Part shown: positions 50,441 through 62,076 of the stretch, in pieces | Position numbering within the stretch: the stretch's first letter is position 1 | How the letters are laid out: the number at the start of each line of letters is the position of its first letter | From: Thalia democratica | Lineage: Eukaryota | DNA length: 64,000 bases | Assembly (NCBI GenBank): GCA_965202585.1 | Contig: OZ241827.1 | Span: 58,280,001 to 58,344,000, forward strand | Reading direction: 5' to 3' | Position numbers and translations under genes: made by a program | Notes under the pieces: generated by a model | What the model saw: the letters and a program-made list of their open reading frames with translations, nothing else | The model's database searches: none | Told to the model about the DNA's origin: nothing

Positions 50441-52053
50441 AAACTATTAGATGGTTTATGTTTTAAAAATGTTAATAGTTTTTTTTGACCTGGTTAATTT
50501 TGTAGTTTATATTTGTCGTTTTACATTACACTAAAAGTTTTTAAAGCATAGTGATTAAAATATTTGTTTGAAAATTATTTATTTAATCTTGTTTAATCTG
50601 TTTATTTAATAAATAAAAAAATCTTGATAACCATTAAAGTTTTTATGTCAAAAAAGATTTTTTGGTTTTGAAAGAGTATAGATTTAAGGTCTTTATTTGA
50701 GATGACTTAAAATTTTTCATCAAAAAGATTCTTAAACTCATTTTTATTTTCTAACTTGATTTATTATTGTTAAGAAATTCATATATTGAGGATTTTCAAA
50801 CTATTAATACAACTGTTTTTTGTTTTATCTTAATTCAAAGTATCTTAGCAATTAGAATGTGTTGTTTATTTTAATATTTCAACACTAGCTTTTAGTTTTT
50901 CACTATTTTTCTCTGATAAATTATTATAGGCTAATAGCTAGAAAAAAAAATAAACACAATTAAATAAGCCATCAAAAAAAATGCTACAGTTACAAAACAA
51001 AATTTTAACCTAATTAACAGTTTTTTTTTAATTGATTACTATCTGTTCACAGAATTAACTGTAAAACATTTGATTTTTTTTAAATTTAAATTAAGATAAA
51101 AATTTTTGTTAGAATTAAGGTTTAGTTTCCTTAAGGTTATTCCAAGTCAAATACTATTTCATGGTATTCTACTACGCAACATATATTTTAAAATGTTTAA
51201 AATTAAAATTTTAACTTTATAGCTAACTTGCTTATAATATATCTTCGCATTGAAATTTATAATTTTACTGCATTTACTGAAGCTGTTGATGAAACTACTT
51301 TTAATGTGAGATAATCAATCAGTCGGTCAAACTTCCTCAAACTAGATCAGAAATTATGTTTTAATATTTATTTCATTATGTGTAAAATAAACTGTTCATT
51401 CTTTTATAGTTTTTTAATCTCTGGTATAGTAATTTTACAATATGCCTGTTTATAAAAAAAAAATTAAGTATTTTGTGCGGCTTAAATAAGTTACTTAGTA
51501 TTAACTACTAAATGTCCAAAATTTGTTATATGAGAGATTATTACAATGCCAGGTTTCAGTTAAGATTTTAGATGGGTAACGTACGGTTCGGATTCAGTCA
51601 AATTTCGACCCGCTAATTAACTTGAAAACTACTTTCTGAAAAATAAATAAAATTAGTTTTTTGATACTTAATATTTTGAAATACGCTTTCAACTTGGGTA
51701 TCAGTTCACAATAGTATTTCTTAGATCACAATAATACTAAACATTTTATTACAATTTCCCTCCAGTTTTTTTATTTTCTTATACGTTATTTTTTTAAATT
51801 ATGCAGCCCGCAATCTTATTTTTTAACGAGTTGAAACTAGAAAAGACTTTTTAGTAAATATGAATTGCTGACTACAAAAGTTGTCCACCACTAACCTAAA
51901 AGTTTTATTAGTTTTGAAAGAATTCATATTTAAAAAGGATTGATTACAAGTTACTAAAGAATTTTTAATAATTAAGTATTTTTATACACTTTACTGGGCT
52001 TATAAGAAAATAACTGTAGATTATTTTCTAAAGCCCTGTAAACTACTTTAAAC

Positions 52054-55000
52054 GGGAACGGGTCACTTTTGCACGAGCGTCACTTTTGCACGAGCGTCAC
52101 TTTTGCACGAAGGGACACTTTTGCACGAGCGTCACTTTTGCACGAGGGGTCACTTTTGCACGATGGGACACTTTTGCACGGAGACACCTTTGCACGAGCG
52201 TCACTTTTACACGAGGGGACACTTTTGCACGGCGTCACTTTTGCACGGTCGTCACTTTTGCACGAGGGGACACTTTTGCACGGCGACTCTTTTGCACGCA
52301 GGGTCACTTTTGCACGAGTGGACACTTTTGCACGGCGACACTTTTGCACGGAGGGTCACTTTTGCACGAGGGGACACTTTTGCACGGCGACTCTTTTGCA
52401 CGGCGTCACTTTTGCAAGAGGGGACACTTTTGCACGGCGTCAGTTTTGCACGAGGAGACATATTTTCACGGCGACATTTTTACACGATGACAATTTTTTT
52501 GGCAGCTTTCTTGCACAACGACACTTTTGCACGGAGAGTCACATTTGCACGAGGTGACACTACTGCACTTTCGTCATTTTTGCACGGCGTCATTTTTGCA
52601 CGATGGGACATTTTTGCACGGCAAAATTTTTTCACGATGACAAATTTTACGGCAGCTTTCTTGCACAACGACACTTTTGCAGGGAGGTACATTTTTGCAC
52701 GAGGGGACTCTTTTGCACGGCTTCTTTTTTGCACGAGGAGAAACTTATGCACGCAGTCATTTTTCCAAGAGGAGACACTTTTTCTAGGCGACATTTTTCA
52801 TAATGAAAATTTTTTACGGCAGCTTTGTTGCACAACGACACTTTTGCACAACGTCACTTTTTTAAGATCAATTTTTACACAGCGACATTTTGGCACTATG
52901 ACTTTTTCGCACGGAACATCAATTTTGCATGCAGGCCAATTAAAAGTCTTTTTTAGCTAGTATCAAATCTGTAGCATAAAAAGAAACTGAAAACTAAAGT
53001 TTTATAACATATTTTAAAAATTGATTGTGTAGGTGGGAATCATGTAAAAATCATGTAGTTTTTATCATTCCAGTTAAATCGAAGTCACAGCATCAATATT
53101 ATTACCAAATATTAAGAATGTTTTTTTATATTTAAGGAAAAAAACTAAAGATTTAAGATTTTAAACAGTAAAAATTGATGTTAGAAACAAACTAACGAGA
53201 AAATAAATTAAAGTTATTTATAAAAGATTTATACAAGGGACAAAAAATTTGATTTATTTAGGAAATAGGATATAAAAATACATTAAGTGTAGGTAAATTG
53301 TTCTAGTTAACTTTGAATTTTAATATACTAATCAACAACTATGCCTTTTTATATAGTTTACTATACGGTTACAAGTTTATCGTCCACAAAAAGAAAAAAA
53401 ATTAATAAAAATTCTTAATTTATTAAAACAAAGATAAAAACATAATTTGATATAAAATTTATAGGTTAGCATAGAGAGCAAAATTTTAATCACAAACTTA
53501 TACTTATTTACGCTTTGATGTAGAACGATCAACATCAAATATTTAAATGCATTGACTAACAACAAAAATAAAAACCTAACGCTCCAAAGACATTAACAAT
53601 AGACCGGCCGGATAAATAATCATTAATACATTGATATATGAGTCATCATTAATAGAGTAAAGGTGCTGCTAATAAAATTGAACTATAAACTAAGCTAAAT
53701 CCTAAAATTAAATCAATAGTTGATAAAAATTACTTAACTAATTTATTTTTAATACGGTTAAGAACTTAAAAATTTTGTTAACCATAATATAACACAGATA
53801 AAACGTTTTTAACTTTAATCGAAATTAAATAAAATTTTTGCAAGATACTAATTCATTAGGAAGTTTGCACCATATTTCAACTGACCAATATAAAAAAAAG
53901 AACTTTACCAAGCCTCATTGTTGAAATATTGCAGCGGTTTTCCTTGAACAGTTTCTATTTGGTTAATATCTTTATTTTATTATGTATAACAAATTGGTGT
54001 TTTATATTTTAACTTAGGACGAATTTAAAAGAGAAAAAAAAAGCTTATTAAGACTGTTCATATCCGGAGACTGAATGAATGAAATGTGGTTGTTTTATAA
54101 TGAAATTTAAATATAAAGCTTTTTTTTTGAAGTTTTACGTAGAACAATATAATAACGTACCACATTTCTTTAATTAATGTTTATAATCTAAATTTAAATA
54201 AAGTAGATGAATGAATTTAATCTCTCAATAAATTATCTTACAAACTAAGTTTTGATCAACTATATCTTCAGTGCTTCAATAAATTTAAAAAGATATGTGA
54301 CAGTCATGGAAAATAGCATTTAAACAATTGAAACAGATGAATAAGATTTTTTTAATTTAAATATAAACAATTTAGAATACTTTAAACAAAACCAATCTGT
54401 ATTTCGTTAATTAAAAAAAAAAAAAAAAACTTAATTTAGTAAGGCTTTAAAACACGAATCTTAAGTATTATGTTTTACTTTTATTCTCCTGATGTTAAAA
54501 CTAGCATTATATGTTTGTTAAACAAATATTTTAATTTTAAACAATTGTTAAATTGGTAAAATAAAAATAATAATTAGTTTATGAAGTGTAAAGGTATTTA
54601 AGATTTTACTTGATGTTTATTTTTAGTTTACTTTTTAACTCAGCGTGAGAATAAAAAGAGCAGTAAAATAGCTTATTTTTCATGAGTTAAACTTGGATTA
54701 TTTCATTACTTTAATGTTGCATAACCGTGATAAGCTAATGAGAGAGTAACATTTTGAAGTTTGAACTTATGTTTATTCAAAGTATCAAGAGATACTAATA
54801 CCAGCACCACGTGATCATGAAATAAGCCAATGAGAGAGTAACATTTGCAAGATCAAATACGCCGTACAAAAGAGTCCCCTCGTGCAAAAATGTACCTCCG
54901 TGCAAAACGTCCCCTCGTGCAAAAGTGACTTTCCGTGCATAAGTGTCGTTGTGCAACAAAGCTGCCATAAAAATTTGTCATCGTGAAAAAATGTCGCCGT

Positions 55001-55603
55001 GCAAGAGTGTCTCCTCGTGCAAAAATGACCCTGCATGCAGAAAAGTATCCTAGTGCAGAATGACGCCGTGCAAAAGAGTCATCTCGTGCAAATGTGACTC
55101 TCCGTGCAAAAGTGTCGTTGTGCAACAAAGCTGCCGTAAAAAAATTGTCATCGTGAAAAAATGTCGCCGTACCAAAATGTCTCCTCGTGCAAAAGTGGCG
55201 CCGTGCAAAAGTGTCCCCTCGTGCAAAAGTGACCCTCCGTGCAAAAGAGTCGCCGTGCAAAAGAGTCGTCGTGCAAAAGTGTCCCCTCGTGCAAAAGTGA
55301 CCCTCCGTGCATAAGAGTCGCCGTGCAAAAGTGTCCCCTCGTGCAAAAGTGACCCTGCGTGCAAAAGTGACGCTGTGCAAAAGTGTCCCCTCGTGCAAAA
55401 GTGACCCTGCGTGCAAAAGTGACGCCGTGCAAAAGTGTCCCCTCGTGCAAAAGTGACGCTCGTGCAAAGGTGTCGCCGTGCAAAAGTGTCCCTTCGTGCA
55501 AAAGTGACCCCTCGTGCAAAAGTGACGCTCGTGCAAAAGTGTCCCTTCGTGCAAAAGTGACGTTCGTGCAAAAGTGACGGTCGTGCAAAAGTGACACCCA
55601 CCC
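52054..55603. mobile_element. Mutator/Foldback-like element, 3,550 bp, with internally repetitive inverted arms of about 0.75-0.9 kb
   Basis: 9-bp TSD ACTTTAAAC (52045-52053 and 55604-55612) and GGG termini. The left arm is an array of 15-16-bp units with core TTTTGCACG; the right arm is the inverse CGTGCAAAA array. The AT-rich interior has no long ORF. Confidence 0.88.
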
Positions 55604-56327
55604 ACTTTAAACATAGCCCAAAAGTGCGTGCATAAGAAGTACCGGACTGAATTACATTTCAAACACAACTTTTTTGGCTTAAAATTTTGTACTCAAGAGA
55701 AAAACTACTTTGTAAAATCGTGGGGGGCGATTTTTTTTCAAATTTCTGAAAAGGGGGCGATTTAGTAAATAAGTTTGGGAAACCCTGCTATAGATATTGG
55801 TTACTTAAATATAACTTTTAATGCTCATAGTATGTTTTACACCTACACTAATGACCATAATAACTAAATAACAACTTATCTAGTTTTCTGACTTTTGACT
55901 AGTTTTATTTAGATGATATACACTTTATCCAAATCTTTTCACCTACTAATTTGAAATGACATAAAACTTGTACTAGAGTGAAATTGCTTTTAGTAAGCTA
56001 TTTTAAAAATGGTTGATTTTAAAAAATTGGTGCAGAAACAATTTTAATAAAGTTTGATTATTATTAATGTAATAGAAATTTGTAATTTTTATTATTATAA
56101 CTAAATATAATAAAGATTATAGCAAAAGAAAATTTATGATAAAAATGTATTTAATTATAATTAAGAAAATTGTGTGAAGTGGAAAATAAATAAAAATTGG
56201 AGTTTGTTAGCATAGTAACAAAATGTTATTAAAAATATAAAAATTATAAAATGCATTTGAAATGGCAAATTACGTAAGAGAGTTTTTTTTAAGAAAAAAA
56301 AAAATTTCGCTCAGTATGAGTTTGGCT

Positions 56328-56373
56328 AAAGCTTTAGGGTGGAGGAGGGGAAAGCTTTAGGGTGGAGGAGGGG
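56328..56373 (+). repeat. Perfect 23-bp tandem duplication AAAGCTTTAGGGTGGAGGAGGGG x2 (G-rich)
   Basis: Directly visible. Confidence 0.9.
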
Positions 56374-58602
56374 ACGTGGAGGAATGGAACAGCGACATCG
56401 TGTGGTGAAAAAACAAGTAAATTAATTTAATTTTTATTTTCTAAAAGCGATATGGTGCATTCCTGTGGATTTGCGACACCTAGCGGTTAAAAAATTTAAA
56501 AATTATTAAAAAATGATATAATCTTTAATAAACTTTTTTTTGCGCTGTGTTAAAAATGCGTACTTAAGCGACAGGTTGACTACACCTAAAATTTACACAT
56601 TTTTCTAGAAGTTAGAGTTTTAAAACTTCGGAAGTTCGTGCATTTTTTTAAAAGTAAAGATTAACGGCTCTATCGTAAAGTAAAAGTAAAGTTTGAGTTT
56701 TAATAAGTTTTTTAACATGAACAAGTAAAACTACATACACCTCAAGCCCTTTTGAGTAATAAAGCGTGTGACTTTGAAGATTAAATAATTACTTTTGTAT
56801 CTTTTTTTTTTAAATTTATGTAAAATAGTTGTATAAACTTATTTATTTAACTAACAAAATAAATATACCTGCAAATTCATTCAGTTTGAATTTAAACTAT
56901 AAATAATTTCGGCATATTTACTTATTAACAGGTCAAAAATGTTTTGTTTATCTACATACTATTTAAACTTTTACTAGTTTTAATTTTTATAGTTGTGCTT
57001 AGTTTTTATTATAAAAAATTCTTAAAAGCCGTTATACCAGTTAGTTTAAGTTGTTTTAAGTTCTTTCGGTTGTAATTTTCAATAACATTTTAAAAACGTG
57101 TGTTAAAAATTCGAACAGATCAAAGCCTAATAAGGAATAAACTTTTCTATGCACTTGATAAAAATTTTGTTTTGTATTTGTACGCTTAAACGTATTTTTA
57201 AGAATTTATATGCAGAAAATATATTTAAAGATAATTACAGAAATCAGTGATATCTTGCAGAGTAATGAACAAACACTATGATTAGTTCATAATTTTTATT
57301 ACTTTATTGCTACAAGAAAGTAAAATCTTTAAACAACTTGTCTCTCTAAGTATGAATAACTATATATGTTAAATATATTTTACAGTATTTAAACTTTAAT
57401 AATAAAAAAACACATTATTTCAAAGCTTACATAAGTTTAAACTTCTTTTATTTTCATTAAACGGTTACGTACAAAAAAAAAGGTTTACAGTATAATTAAT
57501 CATATACTTTTTTGAATGAATTGTTGGTTATTTTCTCTTAAATTGGACTAAGATTTTTAAATAAATGAATACTTCTAAGCATATAATTACTAAAACAGTA
57601 TTCATTACAGTCATAATAGCAGACTAAGCAAGGCCATGGAGTACAATACAAACCCAGACAAAGTAGGTTTTAACCTCGGCAAAACTTTTCCTTAAATTTT
57701 ACGTAAAAGTTTTATTGTTATGATCAGGTTCTTAATACATAATTGTAATTACTCGTCCTTTACAAGAAAACTTTTTCCTATATTCATCGAGCAGTTTTTT
57801 CAAGGAACATTGACCTGTTACTTATAAAAAGCTGCCGTACCCTGTACTTTACTCATGTGGAATAAATAGTCTATCTTGTAAACAGTATCAATGATTTTAT
57901 TATAAAATGTGTTATCTACGTCTGGTGTGTTTACTTGACAAAAAGTAAGCCGTGTTTGTTGTAAACAAATTATAAGTAGTTTATAAACTAATTACAACAT
58001 GATTAAACATATTAAGTTGTTAACATTTTACATTAAACTATGTAATTTGATTAAAATTAGCCGAAATAAAAATGAGCTAAATATTAAATAAACTATACTT
58101 TATAGATCTTTTAATTTTGAACTTGTCATAAGCAACAAGCTAAGAACTATTTTATCGAAAGTTTGAGATGTCAGCTTTAGCTAGTTAACATATACTTTGA
58201 TACTGAAAATAGAAGCTGACCTAAGCTCTAACTAAGTAAGTATAGCATAAACAATTACGTTTGTATTAAACAGCTTGTAAATAAAACTAATTATGTTTTT
58301 AATTTGCGCTATCCTAATTTTGAGAAATTTTATTATGTAACTTTGATAAAGTTTGGCGATTTAATACTTAAACTTTATCTAATCAATGTTAATCATCATA
58401 AAATAGAGTTTACTGAAGCTAATTAAGTACTTTACCATAAACTAGAAAATATTATACTCAACATTCATTCTTTCTAATATTAAAGTATTAATTACACAAA
58501 GATTTGATAGAAACTAAAAGCGTATATTTACAAACAGATAATCTTCAAACCCTAACTAATATTATACCAGCAATTATTTTCGTGGTTCTTTGTTATTCGT
58601 TA

Positions 58603-60026
58603 AAGTTTAATTAAGCTGTGTATCAATTTTTTCATAGAAGAAAAATCTCAATAATTTTTAAACACAGTATTTTTTTCTCCACCAGACGGCGCGCTCGTAG
58701 CAGGAGTAGTTATTGGAATCCTGGCAGGAATTATCGTCATCGTGGCCATTATGGTGGTAGTGTGGGTTCGGGTTATTCGGACAGATTCCACCGCCTTCCT
58801 GCATGATGACACCACCAAACAGAGAGCTCAACTTTACAGGTATGTTTGTTTTATATATATTTTTTTTTTTGGATTGTTTCGATGACTTTGTATATGTTTT
58901 TATGGTGTTTTTTATCATCTTTTTAATTTTTATATTTTTCAGTTTGTATACAAAATGTTTTATAAGTCTTATAATCAATTGTTAGCCAACATAATTGCTT
59001 TTATTTGGCTGAAGAACTTTTTGACCAATTTAAAGTGACAAAATCAAAAGTTGTCAAACGCATAAGAAATTTAAGATAAACGATACTAATTAGAATTATG
59101 TTTTACCATAAACTTAGCTTAAAATTTTTAAAGTTTCACTTTTTTTGGAGTCAACTAAAAAATATTGATTGTACGCAAAACCGTTAACTTAAATACAGAA
59201 AATTTAACTTAAACTCAAACAATTATTAGAAAAGTTTTTTTTTAGGCCAGCCGATATCAACGAATCAGGAAACGTCAAAACTGTTTCTCATCGTGACCTG
59301 GTGTGAACGAGCTTTTGAATTTACAACAATTCCCACTAATTCTGTATATATCTAAATTTCAATAAAATTGCACACTTATTCACGACTCATTTTTTTATAA
59401 GTAAAGTGTTAGTATTAAAACATTTTTAAAATGAGCTAATCTATACGATAAAAAGAAAAAAATTAAAATCAACGTTTTTATTATTCCAAAACAACTTTGT
59501 CTTTCCTAAAACTTTAAATACTTAGTTTTATTTTTATATAGTACTTAATAAGTTTTTAGTAAGTTTTATAACTGTATAGTACTATATTTCTAAGATTCTA
59601 ACATTTATGTTTTCAAAAGTATAAAAAAAAACTTCTGACAACCTGCAATTTACTTAATTTGTTAAAAGAAACAACTCCCTTGGTAAAAAGTGATGTTTTT
59701 GAAATTTGTTTGTTTGAAACAAAAACTTGATTTCGTATAGCTAAAATAGCTCAGTTAGGAAGTTTATAAACTATTGCTTTGATTCTTCTGAAAGTATAAC
59801 ATTTTAAGCAAAGTATTTTTGATTTAATAAATACTAAAGTTTTTCAAAAAAGAAAAATATAGTAAGTTATTTTGTTTGCACTAAGGCGTAAGTAAAATTT
59901 TACTTTGAGCCCATTTGAAAATATTCATTTAATAACCTATAGATATTGGTTACTTAAATATAACTTTTAATGCTCATAGTATGTTTTACACATACACTAA
60001 TGACCATAATAACTAAATAACAACTT
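58603..60026 (+). repeat. 1.42-kb segmental duplicate of 47562-48880 plus 55796-55877
   Basis: Colinear similarity from AAGTTTAATTAAGCT to ACAACTT. Copy 1 is interrupted by the hAT element; copy 2 has the empty site AATAACCTATAGATATTGG. Confidence 0.92.
58686..59306 (+). CDS. Anchor cassette TM-B2: duplicate TM exon 58686-58839 and terminal exon 59246-59306, encoding the same protein as TM-B1
   Basis: Only two exon differences from TM-B1 (ACC>ACA, CAG>CAA), both synonymous. Splice sites, stop and AATAAA (59361-59366) are intact. Confidence 0.75.
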
Positions 60027-60281
60027 TAACCTAAATAAAACTGATCTAAACAATATTTAGGGCTACTTTATATATGACATGCCAATGATTGAGTTTATGT
60101 TACATTAAAGAACAATTGAAACACTAACGAACATAAAAAAAAACATTTTACTTTATAATAGATAGATATATGTAAAAGTGTACAGTGTGCAACTACAAGT
60201 ATTAGTTTGTATTAAAAATAATATTATGAATGAACTAACACAGTCTTTTATGGACCCAATTTAAGAAAAAATATGCTAATA

Positions 60282-60996
60282 CAGTAACCTCTCGCTTATT
60301 TACGCACATTGTGTCCACAAAAAAATGCGTAAAGATACGAGAGATCGTAAAGATACGAGAGGTATCAAATATACATACTGTAATGGCTGTAAGGTATCAA
60401 ATGTACTTACTTTCCTACTTTTAATAATTTTTTTATATTATCTATGATTATGAAAACAAAAGATAAAGTTATACATCTATAAAAAAAAGGTTTAAATTTA
60501 TATAAAATAATTTTTTCTAATTTTAGTAACATATAGATTTTATCTTTATCTTTATTTATATTTGACTTATTTGATACTTAACATTTATATTATATTGTAC
60601 TTAGCAAATTCAACTTGTAATTAAGCATTTGTTTACAATTAAGAAATGGTATGATTTCTATATTAAAATTTGTTTCTATATTCATATACAAAAGTCAAAA
60701 TACAAATTTAAGTTTAAGGAAAACTTAAATTTTATCTCTTATTGTCAACAAAATTTTCTGATATACTGAGGAATAACTTAATGTTCATCAATTAGTCAAG
60801 GAACATAAATTTACACAGTCTAAAGATATAGAGAGGTGAGTTAGTATTTAAAAACATATTTTAAATTAAAAATATACAATAAACCTAATTTGTGCAATAT
60901 AAAAAAAAATATTTTTGAATTTTTTAGAATTCTAAAATGCGTAACTAAACGAAAGTGCGTAACGTCACGAGTGCGTAAAGATGCGAGAGGTTACTG
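60282..60996. mobile_element. Tc1/mariner (pogo/Tigger-like) MITE, 715 bp
   Basis: 26-bp TIRs with 2 mismatches (CAGTAACCTCTCGCTTATTTACGCAC versus the reverse complement CAGTAACCTCTCGCATCTTTACGCAC), TA TSD on both sides, and subterminal GCGTAAAGAT-like repeats. Confidence 0.9.
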
Positions 60997-61535
60997 TAAC
61001 GTGCAAATTGAAAATGCAAAACACGCCCCTGCACGTTTGCTTAAGATCTAAACTATAAAATTAAGACTTTAAAACTTAGTTTAGCTTCACCTTTCATGCC
61101 ACCAGGGTTTTGCTAACTACTCTCGACACAGTAAATTGTCTAACAGTTGTAAATATAATCATTTATGATTTTTGCTAATTTCTTTAAAATTTTCATTTAT
61201 ATGTAAAATATATCTTACTTTATTTATTTATAATCAACAAAAGCAAAACGAGTAGAATTCTTGGAGTTTTATTGTTGAAGCGATGAAGTAAGTACGTTTA
61301 AGAAATTATGATTGCCAAACAAACACATATAAACTAGAAAATATTTTAACTTTTTATATCTATAGTCATTAAGATAAGATTGAAGAAATACCTATTTGAA
61401 ATAAACTTATAATGAAAATGTACGACGATGCTCCACAACTTTTAAAAACATCATTAAAGCAAGTTTTATCATGAAGATAATATATAATTACACAAAAAAC
61501 ATAACAATAAAAATCGAGTTGCCTGGCTTTTAGAA

Positions 61536-61973
61536 CTACCGTTCGCCACGGATGCGACCGGCAAGCTGCATGTCCTTGGGCGAAATGGTCACTCTGTTGG
61601 CGTGGATGGCGCACAGGTTTGTGTCCTCGAACAATCCCACCAGGTAGGCTTCGGCGGCTTCTTGAAGAACGCTGATTGCTGCCACTTGAAAACGCAGGTC
61701 GGTTTTAAAACGCTGTGCGATTTCGCGAACGAGGCGCTGGAAGGGCAACTTGCGGATCAGAAGCTCAGCTGACCTCTGGTACCTGCGTATCTCGCGAAGA
61801 GCCACTGTTCCTGGGCGGTAGCGATTGGGCTTCTTGACGCTGCCAATTTTACTAACTCTGGGTGATCTTTTACCTCTAGGATTTTTGACACCTCCGACTT
61901 TGTTACCTCCTGGTGGCCCATTACCTCTGTTACCTTCTTCTTCAAATCTACGGGGCCTCACTTTTACTTTCAT
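61536..61973 (-). CDS. Divergent histone H3 variant (H3.3-derived fold, novel N-terminal tail), 145 aa
   Basis: Unmistakable histone fold: [21 protein letters not shown]...[17 protein letters not shown]...[26 protein letters not shown]. Uninterrupted ORF. Confidence 0.93.
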   Translation of the reverse strand: MKVKVRPRRFEEEGNRGNGPPGGNKVGGVKNPRGKRSPRVSKIGSVKKPNRYRPGTVALREIRRYQRSAELLIRKLPFQRLVREIAQRFKTDLRFQVAAISVLQEAAEAYLVGLFEDTNLCAIHANRVTISPKDMQLAGRIRGER

Positions 61974-62067
61974 GTTTACGTTAGTTCAAACACCTGTTAA
62001 AAGTATACCTACTGCTTTCAGAGCTGATAAACTTTTAGTTAACTTGTAACAAGTATTAGATTCTACA

Positions 62068-62076
62068 CTGATTGGG
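62068..62076 (-). promoter_or_regulatory. Candidate CCAAT/NF-Y box upstream of the H3 variant
   Basis: CCCAATCAG on the minus strand about 95 nt upstream of the ATG. A single short motif only. Confidence 0.4.

Larger units (their letters stand above)
48881..55787. mobile_element. Non-autonomous composite hAT (Charlie/Buster-like) DNA transposon, 6,907 bp
   Basis: Perfect 14-bp TIRs (CAGGGTTTCCCAAA / TTTGGGAAACCCTG), 8-bp TSD CTATAGAT (48873-48880 and 55788-55795), clustered GGGGCGAT subterminal motifs at both ends, and the empty site in the duplicate near 59936. Confidence 0.95.

Noticed and set aside
52069-55668. His/Cys-rich ORFs such as HERHFCTRGHFCT
   Set aside because: Translations of the Foldback arm arrays, open in several frames on both strands.
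61536-61973. Calling the H3 variant CENP-A
   Set aside because: Loop 1 has canonical length, and Q68, F84 and T107 are retained.
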